From the NCBI GenBank assembly GCA_016931575.1, contig JAFGEO010000099.1, positions 797 to 64,796 of the forward strand: 64,000 nt of DNA, given 5' to 3'. The stretch comes from Bacteroidales bacterium. GTDB lineage: Bacteria; Bacteroidota; Bacteroidia; Bacteroidales; UBA10428. Positions 1-9,472 of the stretch are shown in pieces; the first letter of the stretch is position 1, and the number at the start of each line of letters is the position of its first letter. Both the position numbers and the translations under genes were made by a program. The notes below the pieces were generated by a model that did not search any database, was not told where the DNA came from, and was given only the letters and a program-made list of their open reading frames with translations.

Positions 1-891
1 GCACCGGCCTGGTGGCCCAGTCTGCATTCGTTTGCCATCGGGCTGACTGGTTCACCTGACCTGGAGGCGGCGCGCAAGGTGGCTGACTATATCGGCACCA
101 TCCATCACGAAATCAACTTCACGGTTCAGGAGGGGCTGGATGCGCTTCGTGACGTGATCTATCATATCGAAACTTATGATGTAACCACCATCCGTGCATC
201 AACTCCGATGTTCCTGCTGGCAAGGGTGATAAAATCCATGGGGATTAAAATGGTACTCTCCGGCGAAGGGGCCGATGAGCTCTTCGGAGGTTACCTGTAT
301 TTCCATAAAGCACCTAATGCCAGGGAGTTCCACGAGGAAACCGTTCGGAAGTTGAGCAAGCTGCACATGTACGACTGTCTCCGTGCAAATAAAACGCTGG
401 CAGCCTGGGGTGTGGAAGGTAGGGTACCCTTCCTGGACAAGGAATTTATTGACGTAGCGATGCGCCTCAATCCTCAGGATAAGATGATCACCAAAGATCG
501 TATCGAGAAGTGGGTAGTTCGGAAATCGTTTGAAGATTACCTTCCCGAAAGCGTTACCTGGAGGCAAAAGGAACAATTCTCGGACGGTGTAGGGTATAAC
601 TGGATCGATTCTCTGAAAGCAATCACCTCCAGGGAGGTGACTGACCAGCAAATGGAGAATGCTGCCTACCGCTTCCCGATCAATCCTCCGAAATCCAAGG
701 AGGAATATTATTACAGGAGTATCTTCAGTGAGCATTTCCCCTCGGATGCAGCAGCGCAATGTGTTCCTTCTGTGCCTTCTATTGCATGCAGTACAGCAGA
801 AGCGCTGGAGTGGGATGAATCCTTCAAGAACAACACTGATCCCTCTGGTCGCGCAATGAAGAGCGTTCACCTTCAGGGATATAAAGAATAA
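1..891 (+). CDS. asnB: Asparagine synthetase B (glutamine-hydrolysing), 5'-truncated by window edge
   Basis: Frame is open from base 1 (APAWWPSLHSFAIGLTGSPDL). Motifs ETYDVTTIRAS, SGEGADELFGGY, RVPFLD, WRQKEQFSDGVG and C-terminal DPSGRA. Confidence 0.96.
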   Translation, partial: APAWWPSLHSFAIGLTGSPDLEAARKVADYIGTIHHEINFTVQEGLDALRDVIYHIETYDVTTIRASTPMFLLARVIKSMGIKMVLSGEGADELFGGYLYFHKAPNAREFHEETVRKLSKLHMYDCLRANKTLAAWGVEGRVPFLDKEFIDVAMRLNPQDKMITKDRIEKWVVRKSFEDYLPESVTWRQKEQFSDGVGYNWIDSLKAITSREVTDQQMENAAYRFPINPPKSKEEYYYRSIFSEHFPSDAAAQCVPSVPSIACSTAEALEWDESFKNNTDPSGRAMKSVHLQGYKE

Positions 892-922
892 GCATTTTTT
901 GGGTGTCTTTAGTATAATGTCA

Positions 923-956
923 GGGGCTGTCGTGGGAAGGCAGCCCCATTTTTTTT
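923..956 (+). terminator. Rho-independent terminator after asnB
   Basis: GGGGCTG...CAGCCCC stem followed by a T run. Confidence 0.8.
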
Positions 957-1108
957 CATCCCGGAGACTTTCAGGCTATGCGGATAGCAGATGAATGGTT
1001 CCTGAATGTAGCCCTGAAGCCTGAAAAACTTACAATTTTGCAGCCCGGCAGTCTAAAAGCCTTTTCTTTGTATATTAGCCCGGGATTCATTACATAAAAT
1101 CAGACAGT

Positions 1109-2146
1109 ATGAGTAAATTAATTCTACCTAAAAATTACAGGAGTCCGCTGGACCTGAAACAGACGGAAAAGGCTATCAAACTGGTGAAGGACACATTTCA
1201 GGAAAACCTTTCCAGTGAACTGCGCCTGCGCAGGGTGACAGCCCCACTGTTCGTTCTGAAAGGGACAGGTATTAATGACGACCTGAACGGAGTTGAAAGA
1301 AAAGTGACCTTTCCGATAATGGATTTAAAAGATCGCGAGGCCGAAGTAGTGAACAGTCTGGCAAAATGGAAGCGCATGGCGCTGGCCGACTACAAAATAG
1401 AACCTGGATATGGAATCTATACCGATATGAATGCCATCCGTCCGGATGAAGAACTTGATAACCTTCATTCATTGTATGTTGACCAGTGGGACTGGGAGCG
1501 GGTGATTGAAGTCAAGGAAAGGTCCCTTGAGTTTCTGCTGATGATTGTCAACCGGATTTATGAGGTGCTGAAAAGGACAGAATTTGTCATCTTTGAGAAC
1601 TATCCACAACTTAAACCTATTCTTCCGGAGAAGATAACGTTCATTCATTCAGAGGACTTACTGGCCCGGTATCCTGACCTGGATGCGAAGGAACGCGAAC
1701 ACCGGGCGGCCAGGGAATATGGGGCCATCTTTGTTATCGGGATAGGTGGTGAAATGCCCAACGGTCAAAAACATGATGGGCGCGCACCCGACTATGACGA
1801 CTGGATTTCACCTACCCTTGACGGAAAGAAAGGACTCAACGGAGATATTATTCTCTGGCACCCTGTGCTGGAGATTCCCTTTGAAATTTCATCCATGGGT
1901 ATCCGCGTTGATAAGGAATCACTCCTTGCCCAGCTTAATGCAACCGGGTCAATTGATCGGGTGGAGCTTTTGTTCCATAAGCGATTGCTGAATGACGAAC
2001 TTCCTTTGTCGGTTGGGGGAGGCATTGGACAGTCGCGTTTATGTATGTATTTTCTCAGAAAAGCGCACATCGGTGAGATACAGTCCAGTATCTGGCCCGA
2101 GGAAATGAAGGATGTATGTGCCAGCAGCGGAATAGAACTGGTATAA
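1109..2146 (+). CDS. asnA: Aspartate--ammonia ligase (asparagine synthetase A)
   Basis: GINDDLNG, SLAKWKR, YTDMNAIR, YVDQWDWE, HDGRAPDYDDW and GGGIGQSR motifs. Confidence 0.96.
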   Translation: MSKLILPKNYRSPLDLKQTEKAIKLVKDTFQENLSSELRLRRVTAPLFVLKGTGINDDLNGVERKVTFPIMDLKDREAEVVNSLAKWKRMALADYKIEPGYGIYTDMNAIRPDEELDNLHSLYVDQWDWERVIEVKERSLEFLLMIVNRIYEVLKRTEFVIFENYPQLKPILPEKITFIHSEDLLARYPDLDAKEREHRAAREYGAIFVIGIGGEMPNGQKHDGRAPDYDDWISPTLDGKKGLNGDIILWHPVLEIPFEISSMGIRVDKESLLAQLNATGSIDRVELLFHKRLLNDELPLSVGGGIGQSRLCMYFLRKAHIGEIQSSIWPEEMKDVCASSGIELV

Positions 2147-2165
2147 CCAAAGTTGCTTTTAGTTA

Positions 2166-2200
2166 AAATGCTGCTTTCTCCGGGAAGCAGCATTTTTTTT
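2166..2200 (+). terminator. Rho-independent terminator after asnA
   Basis: AAAATGCTGCTT...AAGCAGCATTTT stem plus T tract. Confidence 0.8.
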
Positions 2201-2379
2201 GCGGAACAGCCCTATAGCCTCAAAGCTTTCTTTCATAAGCTTATGGAATCAATGCCGGAAAATAAATAATTATTTCAGGCATACATATCAAAAATTAGGG
2301 GGTAATAAACTTAAAAATATAAAATCCAGAAAGTAAACCCCTAAAAAAATAGGTATAAAGTAATAAAAAGATAAAAAAA

Positions 2380-2410
2380 TTTGCCAAACCCTATCGAATT
2401 ATTATATTTG
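2380..2410 (+). promoter_or_regulatory. Bacteroidota housekeeping promoter for amtB and the P-II gene
   Basis: TTTG (2380-2383), 19 bp spacer, TATATTTG (2403-2410), matching the -33/-7 consensus. Confidence 0.7.
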
Positions 2411-2465
2411 TGTCAAAATTTATTAAGATTTCAAACGACAACAACAATAACTTAAATACTTTATC

Positions 2466-3752
2466 ATGAGATTAAAGATTCGTGCGCTTTTTCTGATGGT
2501 CGTGCTATTGCTTGTCGCCAATGTAACGCAAGCTTCAGACGGCACGGTTGATACAGGGATTACTTCCTGGATGCTGACTTCTACGGCCCTGGTACTTCTG
2601 ATGATCCCGGGACTGGCAATGTTTTATGGCGGACTGGTAAGGACCAAAAACGTTCTGGGCACTATGATGCACAGCTTCGTTGCCATGGGCGTGATGGCCG
2701 TTCTGTGGGTTTTTGTCGGGTATGCAATGAGTTTTGGCCCTGGTGTACTCGGGGGATGGTTTGGATGGAACAAGGATTATTTTCTTTTGCAGGGTATTGA
2801 TACCAGTATAAAGGATGGTATTCCTGAATATGTTTTTTCAATGTTCCAGGGAAAATTTGCCATTATCACCCCGGCACTGATCGCCGGTGCTCTTGCTGAA
2901 AGGGTTTCTTTCAAGGGCTACGTCGTTTTCATTGCCCTCTGGGGGATCCTGGTTTACAATCCTCTGTGCCACTGGGTGTGGGCTTCTGACGGATTCCTGA
3001 TGAACATGGGAGCCATTGACTTTGCCGGTGGCACGGTTGTTCATATTTCAGCTGGTATCAGCGGACTTGTTGGTGCATTGTACCTTGGTGCCCGCCGGGG
3101 ACATCCCAAGACCGCCATGCCGCCGAGCAACCTGGTTATGACTATGATGGGTGCAGGCTTACTGTGGGTCGGCTGGTTTGGTTTCAATGCCGGTAGTTCG
3201 GTAAACAGTAACCTTCTTACGGCCCAGGCCCTGACAGCCACTCAGGCTGCCGCAGCTGCTGGTGCATTGGTCTGGATGCTGATTGAAGGAATCCACCGGG
3301 GGAAAGCTTCAGCGCTGGGCTTTGCTTCCGGGATTCTTGCCGGACTTGTGGCTGTTACACCTGCCGCAGGAGTTGTACAACCCGCCGGAGCAATGGCCCT
3401 TGGAGCAATTGCAGCACTTTTATGCTACTCGGCACTTCTCGCAAAAGATAAGCTTGGATACGACGATAGCCTTGATGCCTTTGGGGTTCACGGTGTAGGC
3501 GGAATTGTAGGTGCTATATTTCTCGTATTCTTCATGCGTGAAGGAAGCACAGAAAATACGATTCTCCAGCAACTCGGTATTCAGTCACTGGCGGTCCTGA
3601 TTGCCATTGCTTATGCAGCCGTTATGACGATCATCCTGATGTTCATTATCAACAAAACTATTGGTATACGTTCCACAGAGAAAGCAGAAATGCGCGGAAT
3701 GGACAGCGAGTACCATGGTGAGCATGGTTATGGCATGATAAATTTAGGATAA
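2466..3752 (+). CDS. amtB: Ammonium transporter
   Basis: PGLAMFYGG, DFAGGTVVH, GWFGFNAGS and DDSLDAFGVHG (twin His) motifs; N-terminal signal-like segment. Confidence 0.96.
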   Translation: MRLKIRALFLMVVLLLVANVTQASDGTVDTGITSWMLTSTALVLLMIPGLAMFYGGLVRTKNVLGTMMHSFVAMGVMAVLWVFVGYAMSFGPGVLGGWFGWNKDYFLLQGIDTSIKDGIPEYVFSMFQGKFAIITPALIAGALAERVSFKGYVVFIALWGILVYNPLCHWVWASDGFLMNMGAIDFAGGTVVHISAGISGLVGALYLGARRGHPKTAMPPSNLVMTMMGAGLLWVGWFGFNAGSSVNSNLLTAQALTATQAAAAAGALVWMLIEGIHRGKASALGFASGILAGLVAVTPAAGVVQPAGAMALGAIAALLCYSALLAKDKLGYDDSLDAFGVHGVGGIVGAIFLVFFMREGSTENTILQQLGIQSLAVLIAIAYAAVMTIILMFIINKTIGIRSTEKAEMRGMDSEYHGEHGYGMINLG

Positions 3753-3782
3753 GTCTTTAATGTGTACTAAAATCAGACAACA

Positions 3783-4127
3783 ATGAAACTTATAACAGCT
3801 ATCATACGAGAAAGTAAGTTAGATGAAGTGCGGGAAGCACTTATCGAAAACGAGATTACCCGAATTACCGTTGTCAGGGTATCGGGTCACGGACAGCAAA
3901 AAGATGCGGATATATATCGGGGGAAAATGGTTGTTCCGAACCTGATTCCCAAAGTAAAGATCGAGATCGCCGTGAATGATGATTTCGTGGATATTACCGT
4001 GAAAACCATCATTAAGGCAGCCAAGACCAATACCCGGGGTGAAGTCGGAGACGGAAAGATCTTCATCACCAACCTGGAAGAATGTATCCGTATCCGGACA
4101 GAAGAAAAAGGTGGCTCAGCTATCTGA
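3783..4127 (+). CDS. glnK: P-II nitrogen regulatory protein
   Basis: MKLITAIIR, T-loop YRG and GEVGDGKIF; linked to amtB. Confidence 0.9.
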   Translation: MKLITAIIRESKLDEVREALIENEITRITVVRVSGHGQQKDADIYRGKMVVPNLIPKVKIEIAVNDDFVDITVKTIIKAAKTNTRGEVGDGKIFITNLEECIRIRTEEKGGSAI

Positions 4128-4157
4128 GTGAAACTGACAGTGTCAATTAACTATTCA

Positions 4158-4187
4158 GGGCCTTCCGAGTTGGGGGGCCTTTTTTTT
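4158..4187 (+). terminator. Terminator after the P-II gene
   Basis: GGCCTTCC...GGGGGGCC stem followed by a T run. Confidence 0.7.
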
Positions 4188-4431
4188 ATTCTACATTCAA
4201 CTACCACCAATCGACATTCTGCAATCAATTTTTTTGTAGTGCGTCAGACTACAGTGTATTTCCAGGATTAGCCGAAAGGCTGTTACACAAAGTTGCACTC
4301 AGAAGAAACCAGTTTACCCAAAGGGGTGATTTAGAATTACCTTACGCTTGCGCCGTAGTTCCGGCCGCCGCCAGACAGGTACAGCGCAGGAGGAGGGTGA
4401 GCCCGCAAGTCCGGTTGATGAAGACTTTGGC

Positions 4432-5004
4432 CTAATACAACCTGAATTTGAGTCTCACAGTAAAACCCTTTGCGATCTGCCGGTATTGCTCCGTTTCTGA
4501 TTGTTCGAGGGGTAGCAGCACTTCCTGTTCCAGGGAAGGGGTGATGCCATATTGGAAGTTATAGGCTGCTTCCAGGCTTAGGGTTTTTCCAAACTTGAAC
4601 ATAATACCACCGTTCAACAACAGACCCAGGTCATTTTTTAGCAGGTAGTCATCCACTTGGTCATCCTGAATGGCCAGGTCGTAATAGGCCCCAAGTTCAA
4701 CGAAGGGTTTGATGGTTTTTCCGGGAGCCACCCTGAAAGTCAGGGGAAACTGGATTTCCTTTCCTAGTTCAGAAAACTTCATTCTAGCTCCACTGGTAAT
4801 GTACAGGGAGGAATAGTAGGGAGAAAACTCCAGCATCAGGGAGGTCTGATGGGTGGGATATTCCTTTGTTTGCAACTGGTCGGATTTACGTTCGTAAAGA
4901 TTCTTCGCGTAACCGTATTCAACACCCAGCAGGAAATCCTGGGCCTTCAGGGCCGAAGTGCCTGCAATGAGCAGAAGGAGGATGTAGCTTAATTTTCGCA
5001 TCAT
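4432..5004 (-). CDS. Small outer-membrane beta-barrel (porin-family) protein
   Basis: Signal peptide ending LKA-Q, alternating aromatic beta strands, C-terminal aromatic residue; 4-bp overlap with the upstream MscS gene. Confidence 0.65.
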   Translation of the reverse strand: MMRKLSYILLLLIAGTSALKAQDFLLGVEYGYAKNLYERKSDQLQTKEYPTHQTSLMLEFSPYYSSLYITSGARMKFSELGKEIQFPLTFRVAPGKTIKPFVELGAYYDLAIQDDQVDDYLLKNDLGLLLNGGIMFKFGKTLSLEAAYNFQYGITPSLEQEVLLPLEQSETEQYRQIAKGFTVRLKFRLY

Positions 5005-6269
5005 TCGGGATTGGTATTTGACAGCGACCTGAAGTCGCTTCCTGTGGGATTCTGGAACACACTGAGTTCAAATTCAGGCAATACAGCCAGGATATGATCA
5101 AAGATATCAGCCTGAATGCTTTCATAGTTTGCCCAGGCCTGGTCCTTGCTGAAGGCATAAATCTCGATCGGTATCCCGGTCTCTGAGGGTTGCAGGTGTC
5201 TTACCAGCATGGTTAACCCGGGATGGATCATCGGGTGGTGCTTAAGGTAAAATTCAAGGTATTTACGGAAAGTTCCCAGGTTGGTCATCCTGCGACCGTT
5301 TACCACGATGCTCTCATCAATTGCATTGGCCTTGTTAAATTCTTCGATTTCTTTCAGACGCTGTGGAACGTATTCGTTCAGGAAGCGGATACTTTTAAAC
5401 CGTTCCAGCATCTCAGGGGTGCAGAATTTTACGCTGCGCATATCAATATTGACATGCCTTTTAATACGGCGCCCCCCTGACTCCTCCATTCCCCGCCAGT
5501 TTCCAAAGGATTCTGAAACCAGGGAGTATGTGGGTATGGTACTGATGGTTTTATCCCAGTTCTGCACTTTCACCGTATTCAGGGTAATCTCAATGACGGT
5601 TCCGTCTGCACCGTGATTGGGCATAGAGATCCAGTCCCCCAGGCGTACCATATTATTGGCCGAAAGCTGGATACTGGCCACAAATCCCAGGATGGTATCC
5701 TTGAATACCAGAATTAGTACAGCAGCCAGGGCACCGATACCGGTTAGCAGCATTGCCGGTGATTTTCCCAGGATTATGGACAGGATAAGGATAATGCCGA
5801 TGGCATAAAAGATGATCAGGGCTACCTGGATGTAACCTTTGATAGGCCTGTCCTTGGACATGGGAAGGGTTTCATAGATAGCCTGCAGGGCATTAAAAAG
5901 GGAATTAATAATTCGAAGGGTGATGATGGTCATATAGATCTTCAGGATGGCCTGGATAATAGTTGCCAGGTCGGTATGACCGGTAAGGACAAAATCAGAG
6001 AAGTAGTAAAGTACCAGGGCCGGAGCCAGGTGCGAAAGCCGGTTGAATACCTTTTTTTCGAAAATAATGTCATCCCAGGTGGTAGAGGTCTTTTTTACAA
6101 TTCGCTTCAGGATGGTCAGGATAACCTGCCTGGCGATCACATCTGAAAGGTATGCGATCAGGAGAATGTTAAAGATACCGAAGAGGATATTCAGGGTGTC
6201 GGCATAGTTTTCCTGAATACCCCAGCGGAGTAATAAATCATTAATATCAAATAGCCATCTGATTTTCAT
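5001..6269 (-). CDS. ybdG: Mechanosensitive channel, MscS family (YbdG/MscM type)
   Basis: FKDTILGFVASIQ, GDWI, VKVQNWDKTI, GGRRIKR, TNLGTFR and YESIQADIFDH. Confidence 0.9.
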   Translation of the reverse strand: MKIRWLFDINDLLLRWGIQENYADTLNILFGIFNILLIAYLSDVIARQVILTILKRIVKKTSTTWDDIIFEKKVFNRLSHLAPALVLYYFSDFVLTGHTDLATIIQAILKIYMTIITLRIINSLFNALQAIYETLPMSKDRPIKGYIQVALIIFYAIGIILILSIILGKSPAMLLTGIGALAAVLILVFKDTILGFVASIQLSANNMVRLGDWISMPNHGADGTVIEITLNTVKVQNWDKTISTIPTYSLVSESFGNWRGMEESGGRRIKRHVNIDMRSVKFCTPEMLERFKSIRFLNEYVPQRLKEIEEFNKANAIDESIVVNGRRMTNLGTFRKYLEFYLKHHPMIHPGLTMLVRHLQPSETGIPIEIYAFSKDQAWANYESIQADIFDHILAVLPEFELSVFQNPTGSDFRSLSNTNPE

Positions 6270-6404
6270 ACCTTAGTAAGTAGATTTTTTAATCTGTTCG
6301 TAAAAATACAACGAATCATGAAACAAGCATGATGAAAATATCCATTAAACGATTTTGAAGCGCATTATTCCGGCTCTCAACAGCCGGGTAACAGTATATA
6401 ATAA

Positions 6405-7709
6405 ATGTATAACCAAATGAAACAGTTAGTAGTGATCCCCCTTGTACTTGCTAATTTTCTGATTTTTCTCTGCCTGCAAGGGTATTCACAGAGTACATAT
6501 AATGATCATTTTTCCTTCAGCCGGCTGCGTATGGATGTGCAGGTCCGGGGGAATGCGGATACCGCTGAAATAACCGGGGTGAACTTTCACCGGGAAGGTC
6601 CCTGGGCTGGAAGCCGGGTAAACCTGATCGATACCTTCCGGTATGGGGAGATGATGGTTGAATTGTTCGATTCCCTTACCGGGGAAATGATTTATTCCAG
6701 GGGATGTGCCACGCTTTTCCAGGAATGGCAGACCACCGATGAAGCAAAATCCGGGGTGTGGCAGTTTGACGAGACTTTCCTGATGCCCTTCCCGAAAAAT
6801 CCTGTCAGAATTGACATTTCCATGCGAAAGGGGCCAGGTTTTGAGGTTCTGGCAAGCCTGGATTTCAATCCGCAAACCACTCTGTCCGATAGTCGGGAGC
6901 CTCGGCAGGATTACGAAATGTTTATGATCCATCATTCTGGCAAGCCGCAGGATAAGCTGGATATTTTACTTCTGGCAGAGGGCTATACTGCTACGGATAA
7001 GGAAAAATTTCTTGAAACGGCAGACTTCCTGGTATCGCAGTTTCTCGAGCATGAACCCTACGCTTCATACCGGAATATGCTCAATGTTAATGCGGTTTTT
7101 ATCCCTTCTGAGGATGCAGGAGCAGACGATCCGCGTGGGAAAAAGTTTGTCAACACCCCGCTGGGCTGTAGTTTTAATACCTTTGGCAGCGATCGGTATA
7201 TGACTTCGGAGGCACCCCGGGATATCTTTGATCAGGTTTCAAAGTTAAGTTACGATCAACTGATTATTATGGTCAATGAAGAAAAATATGGGGGTGGGGC
7301 CATATACAACATGTATACCTTTATAAGTGCTGAGAATGAAAATGCCGTATTCCTGATGCTGCATGAATTTGGTCATGCCTTTGCCTCGCTGGGTGATGAG
7401 TATTTCAATTCTTCCGTTGCCTACACCGATTATTTTGACCTGACAATAGAGCCTTATCAGCCGAATATTACCACCCTGATTGATTTTGACGGAAAATGGG
7501 CCGATATGATTGATCCTTCAACACCGGTTCCAACCCCTGATACGGAGGAATACGAGTCTGTAACAGGGGTTTTTGAGGGAGCAGGCTACACGGCGAAGGG
7601 CATGTACAGGCCTTTCCGTACCTGCATCATGAAAGACCGCACTACCGATTATTTCTGTCCGGTCTGCCGGCAGGCAATTGTGGATATGCTAAGGTTTTAT
7701 GGGAAGTAA
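6405..7709 (+). CDS. M64 family metallopeptidase (IgA peptidase-like), secreted
   Basis: HEFGH..ASLGDEY zinc motif, GVFEGAGY, CIM...FCPVC; signal peptide. Confidence 0.88.
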   Translation: MYNQMKQLVVIPLVLANFLIFLCLQGYSQSTYNDHFSFSRLRMDVQVRGNADTAEITGVNFHREGPWAGSRVNLIDTFRYGEMMVELFDSLTGEMIYSRGCATLFQEWQTTDEAKSGVWQFDETFLMPFPKNPVRIDISMRKGPGFEVLASLDFNPQTTLSDSREPRQDYEMFMIHHSGKPQDKLDILLLAEGYTATDKEKFLETADFLVSQFLEHEPYASYRNMLNVNAVFIPSEDAGADDPRGKKFVNTPLGCSFNTFGSDRYMTSEAPRDIFDQVSKLSYDQLIIMVNEEKYGGGAIYNMYTFISAENENAVFLMLHEFGHAFASLGDEYFNSSVAYTDYFDLTIEPYQPNITTLIDFDGKWADMIDPSTPVPTPDTEEYESVTGVFEGAGYTAKGMYRPFRTCIMKDRTTDYFCPVCRQAIVDMLRFYGK

Positions 7710-7818
7710 GCAGAAGTGCAGGGTGGACAGGATGTGAGAGCGTGGTGTAATGAAATGTTGGAATGGAGGGAGAAATGAAGAAATGGTATCATTTCTCCAT
7801 TCTGGTATTCCATTATTC

Positions 7819-7854
7819 AAAAAAAAAGGTTGCCTTCAGGCAACCTTTTTTTTT
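7819..7854. terminator. Bidirectional terminator between convergent genes
   Basis: A-run, GGTTGCC stem, short loop, GGCAACC, T-run. Confidence 0.85.
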
Positions 7855-7867
7855 GAATCCAAAATTC

Positions 7868-8323
7868 TTAATCTTCGATCTCGATACTTTCAATTTTGTC
7901 TCCTGGCTCGATCTGATCAATAATATCGACCCCATCGAAAACTTTTCCAAAACAGGTATGATTACGATCCAGATGCTGAGTATTCTGGCGGTTGTGGCAG
8001 ATAAAAAACTGGGAGCCACCGGTATTTCTTCCCGCATGGGCCATGCTTAGCACACCCTTGTCGTGATACTGCCTGTTACCCTCCAACTCACAATCGATGG
8101 AGTAACCGGGGCCTCCGGTTCCAACATGCGGATTGCTCATATCTGCAGAGTGGGGACATCCGCCCTGGATTACAAAATCGGGAATTACCCGGTGAAAAGC
8201 CAGTCCATTGTAAAATCCTTCCTTCGAAAGTTTGATGAAATTAGCAACGGTATTCGGAGCATCATCCGTATACAGCTCTGCCTTCATAACTCCTTTTTCT
8301 GTGCTGATTATCGCTACACTCAT
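7868..8323 (-). CDS. Cyclophilin-type peptidyl-prolyl isomerase
   Basis: [45 protein letters not shown]. Confidence 0.95.
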   Translation of the reverse strand: MSVAIISTEKGVMKAELYTDDAPNTVANFIKLSKEGFYNGLAFHRVIPDFVIQGGCPHSADMSNPHVGTGGPGYSIDCELEGNRQYHDKGVLSMAHAGRNTGGSQFFICHNRQNTQHLDRNHTCFGKVFDGVDIIDQIEPGDKIESIEIED

Positions 8324-9183
8324 TATTGCTTGGGTTGCATTTGTAATTTGGGTTGCACTTGCATTTGTGGCTGTTGCTGCGGTGCCTCGTATGGAAGAAT
8401 TTCAAGTAATTCAATCTCGAAGATCAGGACTTCATTCGGACCCATCGCAGGAGTACCCCTTTCACCATATGCCAGGGCGGCGGGAATGAAAAGTTCATAC
8501 TTGCTGCCAACATTCATAAGCTGCAGGCCTTCGATCCATCCTTTGATAACACCCTTAACAGGAAATTCAGCGGGCTGACCCCTTTTGTATGAGCTGTCAA
8601 ATTCAGTTCCGTCAAGAAGCGTTCCCCTGTAATGACATTTAACTTTGTCATCGAGGCCTGGCTTAGGACCCGAGCCTGCTTTGAGAACTTTGTACTGGAG
8701 ACCTGAGGCAGTTTCCACAATTCCCTCTCTGGTTTTATTTTCAGCAAGGAAAGCGTTTCCTTTAGCCAGGTTTTGAGCAGCAACGCGCTGGGTCAGCTCC
8801 TGGGAATATTTTTGAAGAAAGGCATTAGCCTCCTCGGCAGTTTTTGCATTCGGGTCGTTGGTCATTACTTCCTGGAATCCTTTTGCCATATGCTCCAGCT
8901 GGATGGGTATTTTTTGTTGTTTCATCCCGTTAGCGATGCTAACTCCAAGCATGTAGCTTGCCAACTCATCCTGGGTTGTAGGAGTAACATTGCTCAATAT
9001 AATCGTATCTCTGCCGGCTGCAGGTTCCATGATAGCTTCGGCACTGTCACCTTCGGAAGCAAGCTCGAGGGAAGGTTTATCCTTGTCTTTTTTCTTGGTT
9101 GATTTATCATTCTGTGAGCTACAGGATACTGAGATCATCATTGCGCCCACAACAAATGCACTGATCAGGTTACTTTTTTTCAT
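8323..9183 (-). CDS. FKBP-type peptidyl-prolyl isomerase, lipoprotein (FkpA/Mip-like)
   Basis: Lipobox-like [44 protein letters not shown]; Q/P-rich tail. Confidence 0.93.
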   Translation of the reverse strand: MKKSNLISAFVVGAMMISVSCSSQNDKSTKKKDKDKPSLELASEGDSAEAIMEPAAGRDTIILSNVTPTTQDELASYMLGVSIANGMKQQKIPIQLEHMAKGFQEVMTNDPNAKTAEEANAFLQKYSQELTQRVAAQNLAKGNAFLAENKTREGIVETASGLQYKVLKAGSGPKPGLDDKVKCHYRGTLLDGTEFDSSYKRGQPAEFPVKGVIKGWIEGLQLMNVGSKYELFIPAALAYGERGTPAMGPNEVLIFEIELLEILPYEAPQQQPQMQVQPKLQMQPKQ

Positions 9184-9472
9184 ATAAGCTGTTTTAAATG
9201 GTTTTTCTTTGTGAGAGGCGAAGATAAAATTATTATGTAAGACTTTGATAGATTTTAACGAAAGTTTGCATTTGTTATGAAAGGTATGAACGGTTTACAG
9301 GCTGGTATTTTTTCCTTTTTGTATTCGTGTTTTCATAAAGCGGAGATGCCTAAATTGGACCTCTTTAACACAACATTTATCTGAAGCGTATTCCTATAAA
9401 ATTGTGAATAACTCTTCTTTCACCCTATTCCTCTATTATGTAATTTGCCAATGTCCTAAAAACTATAGTGTC

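Noticed and set aside
4190-4430. Possible ncRNA or REP cluster after the P-II gene
   Set aside because: Only short hairpins (AGCCGAAAGGCT); no convincing family or repeat.
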